The notes under the pieces: model-generated
Told to the model about the DNA's origin: nothing
Database searches by the model: none
The model's input: the letters and a program-made list of their open reading frames with translations, nothing else
Made by a program: the position numbers and the translations under genes
Origin: Folioceros fuciformis
Taxonomy: Eukaryota
Direction: 5' to 3'
Length of the DNA: 64,000 nt
Assembly: GCA_049999805.1 (NCBI GenBank)
Contig: JBNGIO010006246.1
Coordinates: 107,812 to 171,811, forward strand
Shown here: in pieces, positions 1-12,122 of the stretch
How positions within the stretch are numbered: position 1 is the stretch's first letter
Layout of the letters: each line of letters begins with the position of its first letter

Positions 1-3000
1 GGAAGACGTTGTTGATTCAGTCTCTTATCAAGCATTATACCAAGCACAACCTATCTGATGTCCGAGGACCCATAACTGTGATATCAGGTCGGTGCAGTCC
101 TGTCTTTTGTTGGCCTTTAGTGCATTTTCTGCATCCTAGTTTGCTGTCTAGCTGCCTTGACACCACAGACTGCCGTGCTCATGTGTGCGTGATTGCTCCT
201 GCCAGGAAAGCATAGGCGCCTTCAGTTCATGGAATGTGCAAATGATGTCAACGCCATGGTTGACTGTGCAAAGGTTGCGGATCTTGTATTGCTTTTGGTG
301 GATGGGAGCTACGGCTTTGAAATGGTAGGTGCTGCACAAGTGACTTCTGCAGCTTCTGGGAGGCGAGGCTCGAAGGGTTGCATGTTCAGGGACAAGAGGC
401 TTGATGTGACATGTGCTTGATCTTCGGAGCCTGTCCTGGTGGCCTAGCCTGTGTTTGCTGACATACTTGGTTTTCTTTTCTGCTTGTTTTGTGAACAGGA
501 AACGTTTGAGTTTTTGAACATCCTTCAAGTTCATGGATTTCCAAAAGTGATGGGAGTACTGACTCATCTAGACCAATTCAAGGATGCCAAGAAGTTGCGC
601 AAGACGAAGAAGCAACTGAAGAACCGCTTCTGGACAGAAATATATGATGGTGCTAAACTGTTTTATCTGTCTGGCCTCATTTATGGGAGGTGGGACTGGT
701 TGGATTCATGGTTTCTATCCTCCTACATAAATTTTCTGTAGCTGAGCATGCATTCTGATAGCTCCCGTCGTTGCTTCAAATCTGCAGGTATCCAAAACGA
801 GAAGTACTCAATTTAGCGCGGTTTATCTCTGTCGCTAAATTCAGGCCTCTGACGTGGCGTGTAAGCCACCCCTACATTTTGGCTGACCGGTTGGAGGACG
901 TCACCCCTCCTGATAGGATCCATGCAGATCCCTTGTGTAATCGCAGTGTCACTCTGTACGGATATTTGAGAGGAAGCAATCTTAAGCTAGGGATGAAAGT
1001 GAGTTCCTGTTCCATGGCAGGTTCTATTTCGTTTCTCTGTTCTTGACAGTGAAGATTCAGTTTTGTTGGAGGTCTAATTCGCTTATGCGTATGCAGGTCC
1101 ACATTGCAGGAGTAGGAGATTGCAAACCTGCTAGTATTGCTGCTCTCCCTGATCCCTGCCCTCTTCCATCTGCAGCCAAAAAGCGTGGGTTGCGGGAGAA
1201 AGAGAAGCTGTTGTATGCTCCCATGTCTGATGTTGGAGACCTGCTGTATGATAAGGATGCGGTCTACTTCAACATCCATGATCATCTAGTACAGTTCTCA
1301 AAGCTCTCTGGTGAAGAGGGTGGTGCAGGATCGGCTGCAGGTGGTTAAACGTCCGCTTTGTTGTCCTCTGTCATTGTTTGCTAGTGCACAAGCAAACAAT
1401 TAACAATACGCATTTTCTTGCAGGACAAGCGAACATAGATGTTGGAGAAAGCATGGTGAAATATCTTCAAGCACCAAGTTCCTTGATTCATGAGAAGCAT
1501 GAGCAAAGCGTCATGCAGCTGTTTGGAGACAGGGCGCCCATAAACTCAACAAAAGAGAGATCAGTAAGGGGTGGGCATGTCGAGGAGGGAAGTAAGCCAG
1601 AGGAGGATGTCAATGAAGATCATGATGAGAAAAATAACAATACCGAGGAGGATGCTGATGGCGAGGAAAATCCAGAGAAAGATGATGACACTGGTGACGA
1701 AGATACACCAGAGGTGGATGGTGAGGAAGCAGGTGATGATTTGCGGAGGCATGCCTTGGAGCCAAAAGCAACTTTTAACTTGGAAGGTGGCAAACTCCAA
1801 TCGAATAGCAAGAGAGCACATCCCCAAGCTGATTATGAACAGAGTGAACCTGATTCAGATTTAGGAGATTCCAGTGATGGTGATGGAGGTGCTTCAGACA
1901 ATAGTAATGTGGGAAGGGTTCTCAAACGTGGAGCTGCTACCAATGGCACTGGTGGCAATGGATTCCATCTAATGGTCAATCCTCATGTGAAAACTCCGCA
2001 TGTGAATGTGGAGGGTGTTACCGAAGTGACAGAAGTCATTGACGGTAGGTTGAGGAGAAGAGCTGTTTTTCACGAGGACCATCTTGGAGGCCAGGAAGGT
2101 GGAGGCGCAGTCCTTATAGACAAAAGTGATGACGATGAAGAATATGGCTCAAGTGACGATGCTGAGGTGCAGAGACGGATACTCTGGTGTCTCCGGCCTG
2201 CATGTGCTAACTCTCGTTGAACTGCAGTTATGTTGTGTGTGTAACAGCTTGCTGTTGTTTGATGCTTCAGGGTGATCGTGACATTGATGGTGATGGGCAA
2301 AGCTCAGAAGAAGACAAGGATGACAGCAACGTGCAAAATGTGAAGGGACCAACTAGAAAAGATGTGCAGGAAGTAGATGCAGGTACGCTTGACAGCAATG
2401 GTGGTCTTGCTGCTGGTACCTATTGTTTGAAGCGAAATTGAGGTCATTTGCAATTTTCCCCTGTGGTGACTGGCTCGTTGGTTGAATTTGGCTTTGCAGA
2501 CAGGGAGTTGGGAGATGCCATAAGATGGAAGAGGAATTTGTTGGCCCGTGCAGAAGCCGCATCTAAGAAGAAAGTAAACCTCATGAAGCTCGTATATGGG
2601 CAAGAAGGGGCCATCCCCATCAGAGCTGAAAGCAAGCAATTTGGGGAGGAAGCAGAAGACAGTGAAGAGGAAGAGCTTTTTAAATTGCGAAGAAACTCCC
2701 ACAAGGTGAGTTGAAGAGCTCTGGCCTGCAAACTCTTAGTAATGAGAATTATCTTTTTGCAATTGTTGATGGGCATGAGAACGGTGCAGACTGCCCAAAC
2801 AAGTAGTGCAGATCTTGACGATCTGGATGCTGAAGACACTTCCAAGTTGCTGGTGGACTTTGCGGATCTATGCTTAGGGTCCAATCCCGAGATAGTTGAG
2901 TCTCTCAGAGAGAGATTTGTCCCAAAAGGCTGGTCTAAGTATGGGAGGCACAGGAAAGGGAAAGTTGCTGGAGACGAAAGTGACGAGGATGCGGATAACA

Positions 3001-5160
3001 ATGGGGATGGAGATGGGGATGATGAAGATGAGGATGAGGTATATGGAGATTTTGAAGATCTGGAGACTGGAGAGCAGCATGTAGGTGGTAATGGCATTTC
3101 GGCCCCCGAAACCAAATCACAACCTACTGCAACTGAAGAAGAGGAAAGAAGGCTGAAGAAACTTGCACTTCGTGCAAAGTTCGATAACCAATACGACGGC
3201 TCAGACGTTATGGAGGATAATGCTACTGGAGGGAAACAAGGGAAAGCGCATTATGGAGACAAGGGTGGAGATTACGAGAAGGATTATTTTGACAAGGTGT
3301 GGAAATCTGTCATAGCTTCAGTTGTATTTGCGTTCTCCATGACTGTGTACATCATCTTGGGCATGTCTCATTTAGTTGGAAGAGAATGTTCGTGTGCAGG
3401 TCAAGGATGAGCTTGAGCTGAGAAAGCAACGAAACATTGCCGAGCTTGATGAGCTTGATGAAGCTACAAGGTTGGAGATGGAAGGTTATAGAGGTGGCAC
3501 TTACGTTCGTCTAGAGCTGCATGGAATGCCCTATGAGATGGTGCATCACTTTAATCCGCAGCACCCTGTACTTGTTGGTGGGATCCCAAATTCAGAAGAA
3601 GGTGTTGGGTACATGCAGGTATGTGCGTAGCAGCGTAGCGATGTAGCTATTTTATTACATTCTAAGGTTGGTGGCTTGAGACATGGGTCATTCGTGCAGG
3701 TGCGATTCAAAAGACATCGATGGCACAGGAGGGTCTTAAAGAACCGTGATCCAATAGTTGTGTCAGTAGGATGGCGCCGGTATCAGACCCTTCCGGTTTT
3801 CTCCATAGAGGACAAGGGTGGAAGGCATCGGATGCTGAAGTATACTCCTGAGCATATGCATTGCCTAGCGACTTTTTGGGGTCCGCTAGCGCCACCAAAT
3901 ACTGGCTTGGTGGCATTCCAGAATCTTGCAAATAGTCAGGTTTGTGGGTAGTTGAACGTAGCTGCACTGTGTTTGCATGGATGTCCCGGTGTCCACTGAT
4001 CTTCCGTGATTCTGTGGTCTATCTCAGGCTTCATTCAGGATCACCGCAACAGGAGTTGTTTTGGAGCTTGATCAATCAGTCCAGATTATGAAGAAGCTAA
4101 AACTGGTGGGCACACCTTTCAAGATATATAAGAAGACAGCATTCATCAAGGATATGTTTACCAGCACCTTAGAGGTGTCACGTTTTGAAGGAGCTGCTGT
4201 CAGGACTGTGAGTGGCATTCGAGGCCAGTTAAAGAAGGTCGGGTTCCCCATCTTTGATCTCTTGCGTTTCACGCAATAACTAAATCTCTCTGAATGCACT
4301 GTCACTTACATTGCCTTGGTATTCGTCTGTGGTTCTCAGGCTGTCACTGGCGTTGACAAGAAGTCTGTCAGAGAGGGCACAGTGAGGTGTACATTTGAGG
4401 ATAAGATCCTGATGAGTGATATTGTCTTCCTGCGCGCTTGGATAAGAGTGGACGTTCCGAAGTTCTTCAATCCTGTGTTATCCCTACTTCAGTCAGGAGA
4501 TCAAGTGTGGAAGGGCATGAAGACAGTTGCAGAATTGCGTGCAGAGCAAGGGCTTGCCATCCCGGTGAACAAGGACTCTCTCTACAAGGTGCTACTTGCA
4601 CCAAACCGTCGTCTTTTTTCGTGCTTGTACATGTGCCGTAGAGGCGTTGTGTGTTAAATGTCTGCTTTAAGGTCATTTTGGTGGTAACTGCAGCCTATCG
4701 AGAGGCAACCTCGGCACTTCAACACTCTGAAGATCTCGAAGACACTGCAAGCCGCCCTACCATTTGCATCCAAGCCCAAAAACTTGCCGAAACGTTCCAA
4801 GCCCACTCTGGAGACCAAGCGGGCAGTGGTTATGGAGCCAAAGGAGCGGAAAACGCATACTCTTGTTCAGCAGCTCAGAACCATAAATAATGAAAAGGTA
4901 CTATTGAGATCTCTTTCCACTGGCTCTTATGACACATATTTGCCTTTCTGTTTACCGATGGACAACGACTTCCTCTGCAGGCGAAAAAACGAAAGCTTCA
5001 ACAAGGACTGAAAAGGAAAGCATACGAGTTGAAGCAGGCTCAACAGGAAGACGTGAGCAAGAAAAGGCGGAGAGAGGAGATTCGAGAGCGCCATAGAGTG
5101 GAAGCTCGCGCTAGCAAGAAAGAAGATGGCGGTAGAGCTCGCAAAAAAGCACGCTCGTAA
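1..5160 (+). CDS. BMS1: Ribosome biogenesis GTPase BMS1 (multi-exon, start lies upstream of window)
   Basis: Exons translate to [77 protein letters not shown] and [17 protein letters not shown]; long acidic central region; last exon 4981-5160 ends ARKKARS-TAA. Confidence 0.96.
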
Positions 5161-6294
5161 GTACGTGGACGGGCGATAAGCTCTCCTTCGAAGCTACATG
5201 GCGGCCGTGGAAATCATGCAGCTGGGGCATCTGCCATAGCCAATCTCTTGGAAGGCCCTTCCTCCTGCCGTCACGATAAGGCCTTTTCAAGACTTTTCTC
5301 TGGAGCGACGGGCCGAAAAGCGCAGCTTTCGTTGAAAAGCTTGGACCGCGACCCCGCAAGCTGTGATCCTTAGACTTTACAGCACGGTTCTTGGGCAGCC
5401 CCTCAAAATCCATGGAGTTCGAACGCACAGCCAAGAGCCTGGTAGGTGCAGGTTCTGGGTGGCCTTGGAAGTCCAAAACACTGCCCCGAACAACAGTGTA
5501 CATGCAAGGTCGTCTGCGAAACGAGGACAGATCATGGATAGTGGCTCACTTTAGAGACCGACATGGTCGTGGCCGCCTGCAAACCGAGGAAAACCTGAAA
5601 CTGTGGAGTCTGTCTCCTGATTCTTTGTACCAAAGAAATTGCCCGTGCTTTAGGTGTTACTTAATTCGTAACAAAATGAAACATTTGACAAGCTTGGGTG
5701 CCCTTTTATTCAGCCAAATAAGGTACTCGACCTGGCGAGCTGCGATTTTCGAGTTCTTGATTTCAAGGTCGTTTTCCTGTTCACACGGCTTAAGGATCAG
5801 GGAGTAAGGCTCTGCAGATCATTCCATTCACAAAACCTGGCAATCAGGTCTAAGACCGTGTTTGCAACTTCGTTGATTCTTGGCATTCGACACTCCCGAC
5901 TGATATCGCTGAAGCTCCGCGAACGCGTCTCCGAACAGCCGGTGCCCCTTCTGCCAAGCTTTCACGTCTGTGTCGAGACAGGCATCTGTTTGGGTCGTGT
6001 TTCTGTTTTGTTGGAGCTTTGTTTCTTCGGTGCCCGTGTTGTTTCAACAGCTGTTGTTGTGTTAATGGTCAGCTGTTGTTGTATTGATGGTTTTCCCTTG
6101 TTGTCCTCCCCTTCCCCCCGGATAATTTTGGTGCGGGGCCATCGTCTTGGCCACCTGTGACTGTTGTGTTTGATGTAGACCTTTTTTTTTCCTTTCCGCC
6201 GCGCGCTTGGACGAGTGGACCACCGTTCAGCTTACATCCTCTTGCCCTAGTTTCATGCAGGTGTGAGCTCTTTCCAAATCAGAGGACCCTCAAG

Positions 6295-6627
6295 ATGGCC
6301 AAGCATCATCCAGATTTGATCATGTGCCGGAAGCAACCGGGAATTGCTATTGGGCGACTTTGCGAGAAGTGCGATGGCAAGTGTGTGATTTGCGATTCGT
6401 ACGTCCGCCCGTGCACACTCGTCAGAGTTTGTGATGAGTGCAACTATGGATCTTATCAAGGGAGGTGTGTCATTTGTGGTGGAGTAGGGATTTCAGATGC
6501 GTACTATTGCAAGGAGTGTACTCAGCAAGAGAAAGATAGAGATGGTTGCCCTAAGATTGTCAACCTTGGATCTGCCAAAACCGACCTCTTTTACGAACGC
6601 AAGAAGTATGGGTTCAAGAAAAGGTAG
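6295..6627 (+). CDS. PHF5A: PHD finger protein 5A / SF3b14b (Rds3), canonical copy
   Basis: 110 aa [16 protein letters not shown]...CDSYVRPC...[11 protein letters not shown]; intronless CDS; 5'UTR intron acceptor ttcatgcag ending at 6260. Confidence 0.98.
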   Translation: MAKHHPDLIMCRKQPGIAIGRLCEKCDGKCVICDSYVRPCTLVRVCDECNYGSYQGRCVICGGVGISDAYYCKECTQQEKDRDGCPKIVNLGSAKTDLFYERKKYGFKKR

Positions 6628-7070
6628 TATGGTGCAGGAAAAGGTGGTCTGCGTTCTTTTTGAGCCTAGGTCTCCATGGACACCTGAAGTGCATCTGTGC
6701 AACATCATTGGAATATGTTCACCACAGAATAGCACTACAAGGCAAGGCGGGATGGTCGCCCACGATCATTAACTCTCCCAAAGCGACCTCTTCTGTAACC
6801 CTTGAAGACGAGGGTTGCGTGTTTCTTCGTCAGCTCCTCTTCTCCATGGACTCTAATAGAATTCTTCTTCCTCATTCTCCATGGGTATCTGCGTTGAATG
6901 TCTGCAACACCAAGTTGATGGAATACTCGGGGAACTGTCCGCAACAACAAGGACATGGGAACACCAGTGGCACTGCGATATGAATGACTCCCATTACTAC
7001 AAGATGGAATCTTTCATACTTTCCGCCACCGAGCTTATGGTTACATGTCATTCTGAATCTCAGCAGCGGA

Positions 7071-7128
7071 TTACGCTATTAGACAGCTTTCAAAAGCCAA
7101 CCTAAATTTGTTCTGTCCTGATTTCTGC
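7071..7128 (-). pseudogene. Degenerate duplicate of the last exon of the CobW gene
   Basis: Near copy of 9271-9329 ([18 protein letters not shown]) with a 1-bp deletion and substitutions. Confidence 0.8.
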
Positions 7129-7943
7129 CTGTAACAAAGAAATCAACGGCCTGTGACTCAATGTCCCGCTAGGGGACATAAATTAACACGCCGTTGGTTC
7201 AGGTTCTACAAGCAAACACGAAATCGAATCTTGAGCACTTCGTTCTGTTTTTGTCGGCGGTGTTCGGGGAGGACTACGTAGGCCCCGTCAATCACACTCT
7301 GTTGCTACTTTCCTGGTTGCTGGTGCGTCGGTGCCGCTTCCTCGGTTGCTGGTGCACGGGAGGTAGACGTCGGTGAAGGGTAAGCTTCAGTAGCTGAAGC
7401 TGTACGTAGAACCTGAACTATCTTGGGGTCTCAGACTAGCATGCGTGTCAGTAGATACATCCTTCGATCCCACACTGTCAGGCACACTGGAGTGCGTCAA
7501 ATTCGTGATCGGCTGTCCCTCCTTTTGCAAACCATCTTCCACCAACGCAAGCTCTCATTCCAGCCAGGCCAGCTCATCGGGTGCTTCGGCTGCTTCCCGT
7601 GCATAATGAATTCCTCCCGCTTGAGGAGGAATGAAGCGTACCCTTCAGCTTCGCTATGGCACGAATTTCTTTGCTCTCTTTCAAAGAAAACACAGAAACA
7701 AGGACAGAATGTGATTGAGAGTTTAATCAAAGTTTAACGTTGCCTTGCCTCACACATCATCTGATGAAAGGTCCGCCTCGATTCAGTTTCGAAAGCGGAC
7801 AGGGCAATCGCAATCGCGCGGTACATGCCGTCAGATATCCAGGACAGAGGCATAAAACAATGGCGGACACTCTTTGTCCACTTTTGCAAGCCATCGGCAA
7901 TCGGATTGATATGGGTGTTTTTCCAGAGAACGTGACGCAACTT

Positions 7944-8202
7944 CGACGTCTCTTCGCACTCGATATTTCCGACTGACAGATATCCTTGAAGCTTCGCGAA
8001 TTCGTCTCCTCTTAACAGCCGGTCCCCCTTCTGCCAAGCTCGCAGGTCTGTCTCCAGCCAGTTATCTGTTTGGGTCGACGTCTCTTCGCATTCTATACTT
8101 CCGACTGATATCCCTGAAGCTCCGCGAATTGGTCTCGCACTAGCCGGTGCCCCTTCTGCCAAGCTCTCAGGTCTGTCTCCAGCCAGCTATCTGTTTGAGT
8201 CG
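7944..8202 (+). repeat. Two tandem copies of a ~130-bp unit (single copy at ~5865-5998)
   Basis: cgacgtctcttcgca at 7944 and 8076; shared core ccgactga..tatc..tgaagct.cgcgaa..agccggt.ccccttctgccaagct. Confidence 0.9.
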
Positions 8203-8486
8203 TATATGTGTTCTGGTGGAGCGTTGTTTCGTCGCTGCCTGTGTTGTTCGCCTTGCTGGTTTTGCAGTGTTGTCCTCCCCTCTTTTGGGTGCTTATCGTC
8301 GTCGGTTCATCTAGGTGCGGGGCAGTGCCTGTTGTGTTTCATATAGCCTTTCTTTTTTCCCCCTCTTGTACTTAACTTTTTGATGACGCTCCGGTGCTTG
8401 GACCAGTGGACCACTGTTTAGCTTACGGCCTTTGATCCTGGTTTTCATGTAGGTGTGGGCTCTTTCCGACTCGTAGGTCCCTCAAC

Positions 8487-8819
8487 ATGGCCAAGCATCA
8501 TCCAGATTTGATCATGTGTCGGAAGCATCCGGGAATTGCTATTGGGCGACTTTGCGACAAGTGCGATGGCAAGTGCGTGATTTGTGATTCCCTCGTACGC
8601 CCGTGCACTCTAGTCAGAATTTGTGATGAGTGCAACTATGGATCTTACCAAGGGAGGTGTGTCGTTTGTGGAGGAGTAGGGATTTCAGACGCATACTATT
8701 GCAAGGAGTGTACTCAGCAAGAGAAAGACAGAGATGGGTGCCCTAAGATCATCAACCTTGGATCTGCCAAAACCGACCTCTTTTACGAACGCAAGAAGTA
8801 TGGGTTCAAGAAAAGGTAG
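8487..8819 (+). CDS. PHF5A: PHF5A divergent paralog (Q14H, E24D, Y36L, V45I, I60V, V89I relative to copy 1)
   Basis: Intact 110-aa ORF with all Cys retained; upstream acceptor tttcatgtag kept. Confidence 0.96.
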   Translation: MAKHHPDLIMCRKHPGIAIGRLCDKCDGKCVICDSLVRPCTLVRICDECNYGSYQGRCVVCGGVGISDAYYCKECTQQEKDRDGCPKIINLGSAKTDLFYERKKYGFKKR

Positions 8820-9270
8820 TATGGAGCAGGCAAAGGTGGTCTGCATTTTCTTTGAGCTTAGTTCTGCATGGATACCTGCAGTGCATGTGTGCAACATCAT
8901 TGACATAAGTAAGCCACAGAATAGTACTACAAAGTAAGGCGGGATGGTTGCCCTAGGACCATTAACTCTCCCAAAGCGACCTCTTCTGAAACCCTTGAAG
9001 ACATGAGTTGCGTGTTTCTTCGTCAGCTCCGCTTCTCCATGGATATCTGCGTTGCATGTCTGCAACACCAAAATGATGAAATACTTGGGGAACTGTCCGC
9101 AACAAAAAAGGACATGTGAATACCAGTGGCACTGCGATGTGAATGACTCTCCTTGACTACAAGCTTGAATCTGTTATACGTAAATAGGTGTGTAGTGCCC
9201 AGTCACATCCAATCTGTACTTTCCGCCTCTGAGCTTATCGTTACACGTCAGTCTGAAGCTCAACAGCTGA

Positions 9271-11424
9271 TTACACAAGTAGACACCTTTCAAAAGCCAA
9301 CCTAAATTTGTTCTTGTCCAGATTTCTACCTGCAACGAAAAACCAACGGGCTGTCAGTCATGTCTCGCTAGTAGCAGTTCAGGTTGAAGCATATAGGTAG
9401 CCCAAGGATATGACTTGGACCGGAGCTTGAATAGAAAGGTCACAACACTCAAGCTAAGTGCACAATTTCGCTTTCCACGGTATCAGGAGGCATAAAAGTT
9501 ACCTATGAAGACAATGCGGTTTAAACGCTGATCGTCATGCTTCCACTGAGAACCAGGAACTATCTCGTAAAGTTCTCGAACAACCTGTAAGCACAGATTC
9601 CGAGTGAGACCTCCAATTGGCCAACCAGGCCACCGATATTGAACAGAGCGAGTTCCTGAATGGGCCCAGACTAAAATGTCGCAACTTAAATTCAGTGCGC
9701 AGCCTGCATCACACCCATACCTGAAGCATGTGCATGTCATTGGACCCATGTATGTTAAGTATTCCTTTCATTCGGAAGATCTCCACGTCATCATTCTCCT
9801 CCCACAGCAACAGTCCAAGCCAGTCTTGCACCTGCACTTTTTGCAAAACTCTGCATAAGACAAAGTTTATTAAAGCTAATGCAACCTGTCAGATCTGACT
9901 TAGTAGTTAGGGATTAGCTCTTCTTCCGTTATACCTTGCTCAGGTCTGCTGAGCCTTCCATAGTGATGCTTACTGTGCGTACACTATGATCATGTCCATG
10001 GTCATCTTCTTCATTCGGCTCTTTCGAATGCAGTGCCTGTATGTTGACAGAATGCTGAAACAACAAGGCAGTTAACAGTTAGTCCACAATTAACATGTAG
10101 TCCAGCAAGCTTCGCTATTGACAGACCCAACGGCAGAATGACATTCAAAGATGTCAGCAGCTGGCTTACCTTGCTATCATAAGCTCTAGTGTCAAAAATG
10201 TTCTCGAGATCTACTTGGCAACGAGTTGTAGGGATTATCCTAGCTAATGAATTTATGCTCCGAATGTCTTTCTCCACATCAGCCACCGCTTGAGTATCAC
10301 CAACCAGGTCAACTTTGTTGAGAATCACTATGTCCTGTGCCACCACAAATTCATGAGAAGACAGAACCATTCTCATGGCATCTTTGGAACATAACAATTA
10401 AACATTAAAAATAGCCAGAAAAGGTATCAAAACTTGAATGTTGCATAGGGAATGAGTGCAGACAGCGTAAGCAATCTGGTGATGGGCTTCTGTGGCACAG
10501 CCAGGCTCACGGGACTCTCTGAGCTGTCGCTGCAGATTCCTTGCATCCACAACCTGCCAAAACAAGCAGTTGATACCAGCTATCCATAAACAGGTTAAAA
10601 GGAAAAACTGAAGAGATGTGAAGAGGTCCACGCACGGTCACAATTGAGTCCAGACGAATAGGAGACTCCAGCTGATCATCGATCCAAAGAATAGAGGCCA
10701 CTGGCCCAGGATTGGCCAGACCTGTAGTCTCCAGCAAGATGTGGTCAAACCTGCAGACGTACACATATCAGAACTAGAGTGACCAGTCCTTACCACAGAC
10801 GTGCACCTAAACCCCACCGATGTTTCTCAAGGTAGCTTACTTGTCCCTCCGCAGCATGAGCTGTTCCAGAGCCTGCACAAAGCTGTGCTTCACGCTGCAG
10901 CAGACACATCCATTGGCTAGTTCGACCCATTCCTCCACGAGTGCTCCATCGCTGCCATCGTTTACCATTGCTTTCTCAATGCCTATCTCCTCCCCAAACT
11001 CATTAAGAATCACGGCTATTCTCTTACCGTGCTTTTCAAGCAAGATGTGGTTCACTAGCTGCACCCGACATGTACAGGGACACGAGGCAAGATATGGAAG
11101 GGAAAAAGTGTTTAGATCCAGATCGATCTGCGGATGATTCTCAGAATCAGGAACCAAGAAACGCTAATTCCTTACCGTTGTCTTGCCTGCACCTAAGTAT
11201 CCAGTGATGATAGTTACACCTACTGGCGTAATTCCTTTCCCTGCTGTGGCCTCTGCGTCTCCCGCATCTAAGGCTTCCATCTGCTGCGTGATCCGCAGTC
11301 CTGAGACTTCCTGCGCGTCGTCTGGACCTTCTCGCTTGCCCTCGTAGCTACTTAAAATGCTCTCCATCGTCTCCTTGGTCAGTGAGTTCAATCGGAGAGG
11401 CGGGGCTACGCCTAGTCCTTCCAT
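9271..11424 (-). CDS. COG0523/CobW-domain GTPase zinc metallochaperone (ZNG1/CBWD-like), multi-exon
   Basis: [10 protein letters not shown]-loop, [28 protein letters not shown], CobW_C exons FRMKG and RIVFIGRNLD; stop at 9271-9273. Confidence 0.93.
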
Positions 11425-12122
11425 GCTGACTTCAAGATTTTCTCTTTCACAGCTGCTGCCGGAAGCTCCTAGTCTTTCTGCGGGACGTGAGACTCAGCAT
11501 CTCCGGTCCACCACTACTTGTCCTCAGTCTGAAGAAACGAAACTGCAACAATCACAGCCCTGTCCCATGCCTCACATGACCACCTAGACATACGACGGAG
11601 GTGAGGGTATCTGAATTCGCTGGAAAGGGGCTCCGCAAGGTGACCAACCCGCCACCCACCAGCACCAGCGACACCAATCCAGAATATCAAGAGTCATCCA
11701 CGATCAATATGTCACTTCTTTCTCAGATTGTTTCATGGATGCCGACAAAATCACTGTTAAAACACATGCCACTGGAGCTAAGAATGGAATTTTAGTCAGT
11801 TTTTTAGCCCTAACTGAGCTTCCGTAACTTTGTCAGAGCTTCGGAATCTCGAACAAAGCAAGTTCCGTATTCATTGCAGAATCTCCAGGAAGCCGGCGCG
11901 GAAGTTATTGATTTCAGAACCTCTCGGAAGCAACCAGCCAGGGTGCGCTGAACAACATGACCGGCTGTGGTTAGCCAACGTCCTTCTGGGTAATTCTCGT
12001 GGTCACAGCTTGGCAGACGCGACTTCTGGAGCAGCATCTGATTCATCACATGTCTGAGATGAAGCATTTGTCGTCAGGCTTTGAGGGCCGCCGGGTTTGG
12101 CAATTTCGAAGGTGAAGACATC

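Larger units (their letters stand above)
5857..7172 (+). repeat. Tandem segmental duplication unit 1 (5' leader + PHF5A + 3'UTR + copy of CobW last exon)
   Basis: Aligns by eye with 7935-9372 over ~1.3 kb including non-coding parts; similarity ends at atgtc(c/t)cgctag. Confidence 0.9.
7935..9372 (+). repeat. Tandem segmental duplication unit 2
   Basis: Paralog of 5857-7172. Confidence 0.9.

Noticed and set aside
5161-5807. 130-138 aa ORFs downstream of BMS1
   Set aside because: No recognisable domain or splice structure; likely 3'UTR or intergenic.
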